Positions 8,375 to 16,605 of a stretch of DNA of 64,000 nucleotides are shown piece by piece. The notes under the pieces were generated by a model. The model did not search any database and had not been told where the DNA came from. It saw only the letters and a program-made list of their open reading frames with translations. The stretch covers positions 40,335-104,334 of the forward strand of contig JAFYAU010000034.1 of the NCBI GenBank assembly GCA_017540565.1, written 5' to 3'. Made by a program: the position numbers and the translations under genes. The DNA comes from Oscillospiraceae bacterium (GTDB lineage Bacteria; Bacillota; Clostridia; Oscillospirales; Oscillospiraceae). Numbering within the stretch: the first letter of the stretch is position 1; the number at the start of each line of letters is the position of its first letter.

Positions 8375-9796
8375 TTACCGGTCTTCCGGTTGCCCGGTCA
8401 GCGCCCACGTGGTGCTGTCCGTGATCTTTACGTTCAGAAATACGCCGAGCGGCAGTTCCCCCGGGATCCGCACCAGCCGTCCGCCGTCCGTGCGGGCGGT
8501 GGTCTCCGGGAACCCGGATCTGCCCGTTCCCGTCCCGTCCGTCAGCACGCGCAGCGTGCGTCCGATGTATTCCCGGTGCTTTTCCGCGGAGATCCGGTTC
8601 TGCGTCTCCAGCAGCCGGTCGAACCTGGCCTGCTTCTGTTCCCTCGTAAAAGGATCGTCCATCCTGGCGGCGGGAGTCCCCGGCCGCGGGGAATAGATGA
8701 ACGTGAACAGCGCGTCGAAACGCACCCGTTCGAGCAGGCTCAGCGTATCCTCGAATTCCTCTTCCGTCTCGCCCGGGAATCCCACGATGATGTCGCTGGT
8801 CAGCACCAGATCCGGCATCAGGGAACGGGCGAGCTCCACTTTCTTCAGATAATCATCCCGGGTATATCCGCGGTTCATGGCCTTCAGCACCCGGTCGTTT
8901 CCCGCCTGGAACGGCAGGTGGATCACTCTCGCGACCTTTTCGCATTCCGCCATGGTCCGGAACAGCTTCTCCGAGGCGTCCTTGGGATGGCTGGTCATGA
9001 AGCGGACGACGAAATCCCCGGGCAGATCGTTGATCATGCACAGCAGATCGGCGAAATCCACGGGATCATCTAGGTCCTTTCCGTAGGAGTTCACGTTCTG
9101 TCCCAGCAGGGTAATGTCCCTGCGCCCCCCGGCAATGATCTCGCGGGCCTCCTCCAGGACTTCCTCCGGCCGCCGGCTGCGCTCCCTCCCGCGCACGTAG
9201 GGAACGATGCAGTAGGTGCAGAAATTGTTGCAGCCGTGCATGACGGAGAGCCACGCTTTCACGCCGTCCTTCCGGCACACGGGCAGTCCCTCGGCCACGG
9301 AGCCGGGCTCGTCCGGGACCTCGAACACCCTTTTTCTCCCCGCCAGCCGGCGCTCCAGCAGTTCGGGGAAGCGCCACATCGCCTGCGGTCCGAAGACCAG
9401 ATCGACATAGGGGTAGGACCGGCGGATGCGCTCCGCCATCCCCGGCGCCTGGGCCATGCATCCGCAGACCACGATTATCTGGTCGCGGTTGGCCTTCTTC
9501 GTGTGGCTCAGCGCACCGACGTTGCCGAGCACGCGCATCTCCGCGTGCTCCCTCACGGCGCAGGTGTTCACGACGACGATGTCCGCTTCGGCCTCGTCCT
9601 CGGTAAATCCGAATCCCATCTCCGCCAGCATCCCGCGCAGGCGCTCGCTGTCCGCCTCGTTCTGCTGGCATCCGTAGGTGTCCACCATGGCCAGCGGGGC
9701 GTGGGGCATGGCCGCGAACCTCTCCCGCAGACGCAGGCAGATCGTCTGCTGACGGCGGATCTCCTCCGCCGGTATCTCCGTTCGCTGACTGCTCAT
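8375..9796 (-). CDS. miaB: tRNA-2-methylthio-N6-dimethylallyladenosine synthase
   Basis: N-terminal UPF0004 Cys triad (YGCQQN, VNTCAV, GCMAQ), radical-SAM CNNFCTYC, C-terminal TRAM domain. Start at ATG 9796; the rest of the 972-aa track ORF was rejected. Confidence 0.9.
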   Translation of the reverse strand: MSSQRTEIPAEEIRRQQTICLRLRERFAAMPHAPLAMVDTYGCQQNEADSERLRGMLAEMGFGFTEDEAEADIVVVNTCAVREHAEMRVLGNVGALSHTKKANRDQIIVVCGCMAQAPGMAERIRRSYPYVDLVFGPQAMWRFPELLERRLAGRKRVFEVPDEPGSVAEGLPVCRKDGVKAWLSVMHGCNNFCTYCIVPYVRGRERSRRPEEVLEEAREIIAGGRRDITLLGQNVNSYGKDLDDPVDFADLLCMINDLPGDFVVRFMTSHPKDASEKLFRTMAECEKVARVIHLPFQAGNDRVLKAMNRGYTRDDYLKKVELARSLMPDLVLTSDIIVGFPGETEEEFEDTLSLLERVRFDALFTFIYSPRPGTPAARMDDPFTREQKQARFDRLLETQNRISAEKHREYIGRTLRVLTDGTGTGRSGFPETTARTDGGRLVRIPGELPLGVFLNVKITDSTTWALTGQPEDR

Positions 9797-9940
9797 AGGC
9801 TTCCTTTCTGATACGGAAACGATCCGTGCTGTTGTCTTAGCGATTGTAGCATTTTTATGTGGAACTTTCAACCGGATTCGTGTATAATGTTCCGGAACAG
9901 CGAACGACAGGAATGCCTGATCATATGAAAGGATCTCGCT

Positions 9941-11005
9941 ATGAAAAATCTTGTGATCGACCGGCGCGTGATCCGCAACAACATCCGCGCCGTGAAGGAA
10001 AAGGCCGACGGGTCCACCATCTATGCCGACCTTTCCGCCAACGCCTACGGCATGGGCCTGCTGGAAATGGCCCGCCTGCTGAGGGACGAGGGGATCTCCG
10101 ATTTCATCATTTCGGACGTCCGGGATGCCCGCCAGCTGCGCTCCAGCGGCTTCGAGAAAGAGCGTCTGATGATGCTCCGCTCCACCGCCGACCCGGAGGA
10201 ACTGGACGCCCTGCTGGAACTGGGCGTCATCTGCACCGTGGGCTCCTATGATTCCGCCGTGGCGCTCAACGGCATCGCTGACAGCCGCGGGATCATTGCC
10301 GACGTGCAGATCAAGATCGACACCGGCCTCGGCCGCTACGGCTTTGACCCCGCCCAGCTGGACCGGGTCGCCGCCGTCTACAAATACATGCCCAACATCC
10401 GCATCATAGGGACGTTCACCACCTTCTCCTGCTCCTGGCGGAGCAAACGGCAGACCGCCGCCCAGCTGAAGCTGTTCGAGGACGTGCTCGACCGTCTTGA
10501 GGCCATGGGTTTCGACGTGGGCATCGCCCACTGCTGCGACAGCGCCGCGCTCTTCAAGTATGATTTCGGCCGCATGGACGCCGTCCTGATGGATCTGGCC
10601 CTCTCCGGGCGCATCCCCGGCAAGGCCATCCCCGCGCTTGCCAGGGTCGGCTATATCGAGGCGGGGCTGGAGGAAGTGGGTTGGTACAGCAAAGGCCACC
10701 ACATCGGCGCCGAACATGGCATCAACATCCGGAAGCCCACCAAGATCGCCGTCCTCTCCGTCGGCTACTACCACGGGTTCGGCGTGGACCGGCACAAGGC
10801 GGAGCGCAGCTTCATCGACCGCATCCGCAGCCGGGGCATCGGGCGCTATGTCCGCGTCAACAACAAGCGCGCGAAGGTGCTGGGGAACATCGGCATGCAG
10901 CACACCCTGATCGACGTGACGGACATCGACTGCACGGTCGGGGACGTCGCCTACATGGACGTGGATCCCGTGAACGTGAAAGGGCTCCCCAGAAGCTATC
11001 AATAG
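9941..11005 (+). CDS. alanine racemase-fold protein lacking the canonical PLP lysine
   Basis: Alr-like blocks are present: SANAYGMG (canonical KANAYGHG), KIDTGLGRYG, CDSAAL, VGYYHGFG, GNIGMQH. The codon at 10034-10036 is Ser where Lys is expected. Confidence 0.8.
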   Translation: MKNLVIDRRVIRNNIRAVKEKADGSTIYADLSANAYGMGLLEMARLLRDEGISDFIISDVRDARQLRSSGFEKERLMMLRSTADPEELDALLELGVICTVGSYDSAVALNGIADSRGIIADVQIKIDTGLGRYGFDPAQLDRVAAVYKYMPNIRIIGTFTTFSCSWRSKRQTAAQLKLFEDVLDRLEAMGFDVGIAHCCDSAALFKYDFGRMDAVLMDLALSGRIPGKAIPALARVGYIEAGLEEVGWYSKGHHIGAEHGINIRKPTKIAVLSVGYYHGFGVDRHKAERSFIDRIRSRGIGRYVRVNNKRAKVLGNIGMQHTLIDVTDIDCTVGDVAYMDVDPVNVKGLPRSYQ

Positions 11006-11065
11006 CATGAATACGCGGGTCCTCCCCCGCCGGAGGGCCCGCCGAACTGTTACCGGAGGCTTTCT

Positions 11066-12970
11066 ATGCCAAACATCATTCAGCTTGACCGCCACACTTC
11101 CGACCTGATCGCTGCCGGCGAGGTGGTGGAACGCCCCGCCAGCGTCGTCAAGGAACTGGTGGAAAACGCCATGGACGCCGGCGCCTCCCAGATCACGGTA
11201 GAGATCCGCTCCGGAGGCATGGCCTACATCCGCGTCACCGACAACGGCTCCGGCATCCTGCCCGATGAGGTGGAGACCGCCTTCCTGCGGCACGCCACCA
11301 GCAAGCTCAGGGACGCCAAAGGCCTTGAAGCCATCGCCACGCTGGGCTTCCGCGGAGAGGCGCTGGCCGCGATCTCCGCCGTGTCCCGGATGGAAGTCCT
11401 CACCTGCTGCAGCGACGACGGCGAAGGCCGCCGCGTCCTGAACGAAGGCGGGCGGATCGTGTCAAACGAGCCCTTCGGCTGCCCGAGGGGGACGACCATG
11501 ATCGTGCGCGACCTGTTCTTCAACACCCCTGCCCGGCTCAAATTCATGAAGACCGACCGTGCGGAGGGCTCCGCCGTGACGGGCGCCGTCATAAAGGCTG
11601 CCCTCTCCGACCCCTCCGTGTCTGTCAAATACGTAAAGGACGGCTCCGTGGAGTTTCATACGCCCGGGGACGGCCGTCCGGAGTCCTGCATCTATGCCCT
11701 GTTCGGGCGGGATTTCTTCAACGGACTTCTCCCCGTCAGCCTCGACGACGGCACCGTGTCCGTCACGGGCTACATCTCCCGTCCCTCCCATGTGAAGGGA
11801 AACCGCAGCAGCCAGTTCTTCTTCGTCAACGGGCGCAGCGTGCATTCCCGGACGCTGCAGGCGGTCCTTGAGCAGGCCTACCGGAATAATCTGTTCACCG
11901 GCCGCTTCCCCGCCTGCGTTCTGTTCATCCGTCTGGGCTACGGCTCCGTCGACGTGAACGTGCACCCCACCAAGCGCGAGGTGAAATTCTCGAATGAAAA
12001 GGCAGTGAACGACGCCGTCTACTACGCCGCCCTCGGCGCTCTGGAGCAGGCGCGTCCCATCGCGGACAGTCCGAAGGCTTCCGCTTCTCCTGCCCCGGCT
12101 CCCGTCCCCCTCTCTCCGGTCTCCCCCCTGCCGAGGCCGGCGAAAGCCGCCGGCTCCGCATCCCCGGGGGGCGGCTTCGCCTCCATGAGTGCAGAGGAGT
12201 TCCGCAGGCGCACGGGGGCCTCCGGGGGATTCCGCGCGACGGGAAAGGAACCGCCGTCCGGAACTCCGCTTCCCCGCAAGGCCCCGCCCCCTCCCGTGAC
12301 GGAAACGTTTTCCGCGCCGCGGGAGGATCCCGATCAGGCCAGACTGGATCTTCCCGTACCGCCGGCACCCCTTCCCGAAGCAGCTGCCGGCACCGCCGCG
12401 GAGGACGGTCCCGGCTACCGCGTGATCGGGGAAGCCCTTCAGACATATATCCTCGTGGAACAGGGTGACAGTCTCTGGCTCATCGACAAGCACGCCGCCC
12501 ATGAGCGCATGCAGTTCGACCGCCTGAAGGCGCAGGACCGGGAGACGATGGTGCAGCCGCTGCTGCTCCCCGTCATCTGCTCCTTCTCCCCGGAGGATAC
12601 CGACCTGCTGCTGGAACATGAAGCCGATCTCGGCGAGCTGGGCTTTTCCGTGGAATCCTTCGGGCGCGGGCGCCTGGCCGTTCGCCAGCTGCCGTCCCAC
12701 GTCCGTCAGGACGATGCGGAGACCGTGCTCAACGAACTGTGCGCCGTCTTCCGCAGGGGCGGGCGCCCCGAAGACAGCCGGTCCGACCGCATCCTCGCGA
12801 CGATGGCCTGCAAATCCGCCGTCAAGGCCGGCAGCGTTTCCGACCCGGAAGAGCTCGCCCTGATTGCGGAGAAGGTCATGTCCGGAGAGATCAGATACTG
12901 TCCCCACGGCCGTCCCGTGGCCGTGGAGTTCAGCAGGACAGCGCTGGACAAAAGCTTCAAGCGGACCTGA
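11066..12970 (+). CDS. mutL: DNA mismatch repair protein MutL
   Basis: GHKL ATPase N-terminus IAAGEVVERPASVVKELVENAMDAG, a Pro-rich linker, and a C-terminal dimerisation domain with the DKHAAHER motif. Confidence 0.95.
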   Translation: MPNIIQLDRHTSDLIAAGEVVERPASVVKELVENAMDAGASQITVEIRSGGMAYIRVTDNGSGILPDEVETAFLRHATSKLRDAKGLEAIATLGFRGEALAAISAVSRMEVLTCCSDDGEGRRVLNEGGRIVSNEPFGCPRGTTMIVRDLFFNTPARLKFMKTDRAEGSAVTGAVIKAALSDPSVSVKYVKDGSVEFHTPGDGRPESCIYALFGRDFFNGLLPVSLDDGTVSVTGYISRPSHVKGNRSSQFFFVNGRSVHSRTLQAVLEQAYRNNLFTGRFPACVLFIRLGYGSVDVNVHPTKREVKFSNEKAVNDAVYYAALGALEQARPIADSPKASASPAPAPVPLSPVSPLPRPAKAAGSASPGGGFASMSAEEFRRRTGASGGFRATGKEPPSGTPLPRKAPPPPVTETFSAPREDPDQARLDLPVPPAPLPEAAAGTAAEDGPGYRVIGEALQTYILVEQGDSLWLIDKHAAHERMQFDRLKAQDRETMVQPLLLPVICSFSPEDTDLLLEHEADLGELGFSVESFGRGRLAVRQLPSHVRQDDAETVLNELCAVFRRGGRPEDSRSDRILATMACKSAVKAGSVSDPEELALIAEKVMSGEIRYCPHGRPVAVEFSRTALDKSFKRT

Positions 12971-13016
12971 CCGAGGTCAGGTCTGGCCGCCGGACGGGCG
13001 GCCGGAACGGAGGATC

Positions 13017-13985
13017 ATGCCCCCTCTTGTACTTGTGATCACGGGCCCCACCGCCACGGGGAAGACAGCGGTGGGCGCCGGCCTTGCCCGGGTGCTGGAC
13101 GGAGAGGTCGTCTCCGCCGACTCCATGCAGGTCTACCGCCTGCTGAGCATAGGCACCGCCAAGCCCTCTCCGGAGGAGACTCTGGGCATTCCCCATCATA
13201 TGATCGACTGCGCGTCCCCCTTCGACCCCTATTCCGCCGCCCGCTACGTCGCCGAGGCGTCCGCCTGCTGCGACGACATCCTCCGGCGCGGGAAGCTGCC
13301 CGTGATCGTGGGGGGCACGGGCCTGTACATCGACGCCCTTCTGGCCGGCAGAGAATTCGCCTCCGGGGGCGACCCCGCTCTCCGGGAGCGCCTCGGCCGC
13401 GAATACGACGAGGCCGGCGGACAGGCCATGCTGAAGAAGCTGGCTGCCGCGGATCCGGAAACCGCTGCCCGCCTGCATCCCAATGACAGGAAGCGCATCA
13501 TCCGCGCTCTGGAGGTCCACGCCCTGACCGGCGCCACGCTGACGGAGCACGACCGCGCCAGCCGCGCTGTCCCTCCGCGGTATGATTCCCTGCGCTTTGC
13601 GCTCACCTTTGCCCGCCGGCAGGATCTGTACGACCGCATCGACCGGAGGGTCGACCGGATGATGGAAAACGGCCTGGCCGAAGAGGTTCGGTCCCTGCTA
13701 GCGCAGGGGCTGACGGCGTCGCACACGGCCATGCAGGCCATCGGCTACAAGGAACTGGCCTCCGCCCTCGCGGAAGGATCTTCCGTTGAACAGGCTACCG
13801 AGGACATCAAGCGTGAATCCCGTCGCTACGCCAAACGCCAGCTCAGCTGGCTGCGGCGGGACGCGGACCTGCGCTGGATCGAATGGGACCGCGTGCCGGA
13901 TCCCTCTGCTGCCGTCCGTCAGATCGCCGGCGCATATTACGAATTCACTGGAAAGGAGCCGCCATGCAAAGAAGCAACGCACTGA
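13017..13985 (+). CDS. miaA: tRNA dimethylallyltransferase
   Basis: P-loop GPTATGKT, and blocks DSMQVYR and IVGGTGLY. ATG 13017 is preceded by GGAGG. The upstream 51 codons of the track ORF overlap the mutL end and were rejected. Confidence 0.9.
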   Translation: MPPLVLVITGPTATGKTAVGAGLARVLDGEVVSADSMQVYRLLSIGTAKPSPEETLGIPHHMIDCASPFDPYSAARYVAEASACCDDILRRGKLPVIVGGTGLYIDALLAGREFASGGDPALRERLGREYDEAGGQAMLKKLAAADPETAARLHPNDRKRIIRALEVHALTGATLTEHDRASRAVPPRYDSLRFALTFARRQDLYDRIDRRVDRMMENGLAEEVRSLLAQGLTASHTAMQAIGYKELASALAEGSSVEQATEDIKRESRRYAKRQLSWLRRDADLRWIEWDRVPDPSAAVRQIAGAYYEFTGKEPPCKEATH

Positions 13986-15127
13986 TCCGGGCCGTATTCT
14001 GCCTGTTTCTGGCGGCCATACTGGCATATTTCGGTTTTTACATCTACCGTACCTTCATCCATCCCCTGAAAACGGTGCAGGCGGTATCCGCCACCGTAGC
14101 CGACGCAGCTTCAGCCGAGGGCTATGTGGTGCGCGAAGAGAAGGTCCTGACCGCCCAGGGCGTCATCTCCCCCGTGGCCGACGGCAAGAAGATCGCCGCC
14201 TACGGCGTCGTGGCCGTGTGCTATACGGACGAGTCCGCGCTGGAGCAGGCGGACCGCATCCTCGCCCTTCAGGAACGGATCGCCGCCCTTCAGACTGCGC
14301 TGGGCGAGACGGAGACGGCGAGTCCCTCCGACGTGGTGGCCGACCTCTCCGCCGCGGTCGCCATGCGCCGCTTCGACGAACTGGACACCCTTGCCAGCCA
14401 AACCCGCTACGTGCTGTTCGGAAGCAGCAGTTCCGTGGAGCAGGCGCAGCGGGAACTGGAGGAGGCCCGGCAGGAACTGGAGACCCTCCAGGCCATGCAG
14501 AGCGGATACTCCCTCGTGACGGCGGAGTCCCCCGGCCTGTTTTCCAGCGTGGTGGACGGCTATGAGACCGTCTCTCCGGACGATCTCGACTCCCTCACGC
14601 CCGGCCGGCTGCTTCTCCTGTTCGACGGGACGAGGACCAGAAACGGTTTCGGCAAGCTCATCAGCGGGACCCGCTGGTATTATGCCTGCGTGCTCGACAG
14701 CAGCCGCGCCGAGGAACTGACGGAAGGCCGCACCGTCACCCTGGAATTCACCGACGGCTACACCAACACGGTGCGCATGCAGGTCGTCAGCGTCAGCTCC
14801 GCAGACAGCGACGGAAACTGCGCCGCCGTGTTCGTCTGCGACACCGGTCTGGCCGACGTGAGCGCCGTCCGCAAGGCGTCTGCCAACGTGGTCTTCTCCC
14901 GCAGCACCGGCATTCTGATACCGGATGAAGCCATCTGCGACCGCAGCACGCGTCCCCACGTCTTCGTGCTGGCGGGGCTGCAGGCCCACGAGGTCGAGGT
15001 GGAGATCCTGACCGGGGCCGGGGACGGCTACACTCTCGTCAGCGCCCCGGAGGGGAGCATGCTCAGCGCGGGAGTCACGGTCATCACGACCACGGAGGGC
15101 ATGAGCGACGGCAAGGTCGTCCGCTGA
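13964..15127 (+). CDS. membrane-anchored protein with HlyD/membrane-fusion-like architecture (function unknown)
   Basis: An N-terminal TM helix (AVFCLFLAAILAYFGFYIY) is followed by coiled-coil and beta-rich segments. ATG 13964 has a GGAAAGGAG RBS. It overlaps the miaA end by 22 nt. Confidence 0.6.
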   Translation: MQRSNALIRAVFCLFLAAILAYFGFYIYRTFIHPLKTVQAVSATVADAASAEGYVVREEKVLTAQGVISPVADGKKIAAYGVVAVCYTDESALEQADRILALQERIAALQTALGETETASPSDVVADLSAAVAMRRFDELDTLASQTRYVLFGSSSSVEQAQRELEEARQELETLQAMQSGYSLVTAESPGLFSSVVDGYETVSPDDLDSLTPGRLLLLFDGTRTRNGFGKLISGTRWYYACVLDSSRAEELTEGRTVTLEFTDGYTNTVRMQVVSVSSADSDGNCAAVFVCDTGLADVSAVRKASANVVFSRSTGILIPDEAICDRSTRPHVFVLAGLQAHEVEVEILTGAGDGYTLVSAPEGSMLSAGVTVITTTEGMSDGKVVR

Positions 15128-15165
15128 AGCCAGATCGCTTTTTTCCCGTTTTTCCGCACTTGTTG

Positions 15166-15214
15166 TTGACAGTTGCCGAAAAAAATACGATAATATACGA
15201 TGTATTGATATAAT
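15166..15214 (+). promoter_or_regulatory. candidate promoter(s) upstream of sepF
   Basis: TTGACA (15166-15171), 17 nt spacer, GATAAT (15189-15194). A second extended -10 TGaTATAAT lies at 15206-15214. Confidence 0.4.
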
Positions 15215-15270
15215 GTCCGCCGTGTTTCGGCAGGTCATCCCATAAAAGAAATCTGCAGGAGGCATCTACC

Positions 15271-15738
15271 ATGGGTTTTTTCGATGAAATCAAGAAATTG
15301 GCGCGTCCATACGATGACGATGAAGAGGAATTCGACGATTTTTCCGCCAAGGCGCCCGAACAGATCCCGGTAACTCCCAAGACTCCGCGTCAGGCCAGGA
15401 GCTCCTACGGCGGCTTCGAGGAAAAGCGTGACAGCAACAAGGTCGTCAACATCCACGCCACCGCCGCCCTGAAGGTAGTCCTCGTCAAACCCGAGAAGTT
15501 CGAAAACGCGGCGGATATCGCCGATCACCTGCGCGAGAAGCGCACCGTCGTCCTTAACCTGGAAGAGACCAACAAGGACATCGCCCGCCGTCTGATCGAT
15601 TTCCTCAGCGGCGTCGCCTACGCTCAGGAGGGCAAGATCAAGAAGGTCGCCGTCAACACCTACATCATCACGCCCTACAACGTGGATCTGATGGGCGACC
15701 TGATCGACGAACTTGAAAGCAACGGGCTGTATTTCTAA
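15271..15738 (+). CDS. sepF: cell division protein SepF
   Basis: An acidic N-terminus is followed by the conserved C-terminal SepF core (VVLVKPEKFENAADIADHLREKRTVVLNLE...IITP). It sits in the sepF-divIVA-ileS-lspA-rluD gene order. Confidence 0.9.
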   Translation: MGFFDEIKKLARPYDDDEEEFDDFSAKAPEQIPVTPKTPRQARSSYGGFEEKRDSNKVVNIHATAALKVVLVKPEKFENAADIADHLREKRTVVLNLEETNKDIARRLIDFLSGVAYAQEGKIKKVAVNTYIITPYNVDLMGDLIDELESNGLYF

Positions 15739-15756
15739 CAGAAAGGTTGATGCATT

Positions 15757-16509
15757 ATGCTTACCCCCCAGGAAATTTCCGAGAAAGAATTTGTGAAGGC
15801 GGTTTTCGGCGGCTATGACATGGCCGTCGTTGACGAGTTCCTGGAGCAGCTGAGCGGGGATTACAGCTCTCTGTACAAGGAAAACGCCATCCTGAAGAGC
15901 AAGATCAAGGTCCTTGTGGAGAAGGTCGAGGAGTACCGCTCCACGGAGGATGCCATGCGCATGGCTCTGCTCACCGCCCAGAAGATGGGCGACAACATGG
16001 TGAAGGAAGCCAAGGAGAAGAGCGAGGCCATGATCACGGACGCGACCGCCGAGGCGGCGCAGCGTCTGGCCGAGATCACCCAGCAGGTGAAGGAGGAGGA
16101 AGCCCGCCTGAAGGTCGCGAAGGAGGCCACCACGGCCTATACCAGAGAGGCCGCCGGGCTGACCGAGAAGATCGCAAGCTTCCTGGCCGCCGTTCCCACC
16201 CTGGAGATGGAGAAGCGGGCACGCGCTCCCAAGGAGGAGCCCACGCCCGAGGAGAAGCGCGAAGAGGAGATCATGGATGCCGTCCACGACATCGACGGCG
16301 CCGTTTCCAAGATCACCGAGGAGGAGATCCCCGAGGAACCCGCGGCGGAGGGCGAAGCCCCTGCCGAGGAGCCTGCTCCCGCCGGGGAAGCGGAGCCCGA
16401 GGCTCCCGCGAAGCCGAAATATGACGATGAAGGCGAGTATACGATCCGTCCCAAGTTCGATTTCGACAACCTGCGCTTCGGAACCAATATGAACGGTGAG
16501 AACGACTGA
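15757..16509 (+). CDS. divIVA: DivIVA domain protein
   Basis: N-terminal LTPQEISEKEF..GGYDMAVVDEFLE motif and a coiled-coil remainder. Confidence 0.9.
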   Translation: MLTPQEISEKEFVKAVFGGYDMAVVDEFLEQLSGDYSSLYKENAILKSKIKVLVEKVEEYRSTEDAMRMALLTAQKMGDNMVKEAKEKSEAMITDATAEAAQRLAEITQQVKEEEARLKVAKEATTAYTREAAGLTEKIASFLAAVPTLEMEKRARAPKEEPTPEEKREEEIMDAVHDIDGAVSKITEEEIPEEPAAEGEAPAEEPAPAGEAEPEAPAKPKYDDEGEYTIRPKFDFDNLRFGTNMNGEND

Positions 16510-16534
16510 TCCAAAACGACACTGACACGTACGG

Positions 16535-16561
16535 AAAGCGCCGCTCCTGCGGCGCTTTTTC
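16535..16561 (+). terminator. intrinsic terminator after divIVA
   Basis: AAAGCGCCGC-TCCT-GCGGCGCTTT followed by TT. Confidence 0.8.
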
Positions 16562-16605
16562 GGACACCGAACCCAATCATAAGAAACTTCAGAGGAGAGA
16601 GCCAA

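Noticed and set aside
9797-11293. N-terminal ~500 codons of the 972-aa track ORF containing miaB
   Set aside because: Recognisable MiaB sequence starts at ATG 9796. The upstream part is antisense to the alr-like and mutL genes.
16510-16605. Possible T-box leader upstream of ileS
   Set aside because: The gap is under 100 nt and is mostly occupied by the divIVA terminator. There is no room for specifier and antiterminator structures.
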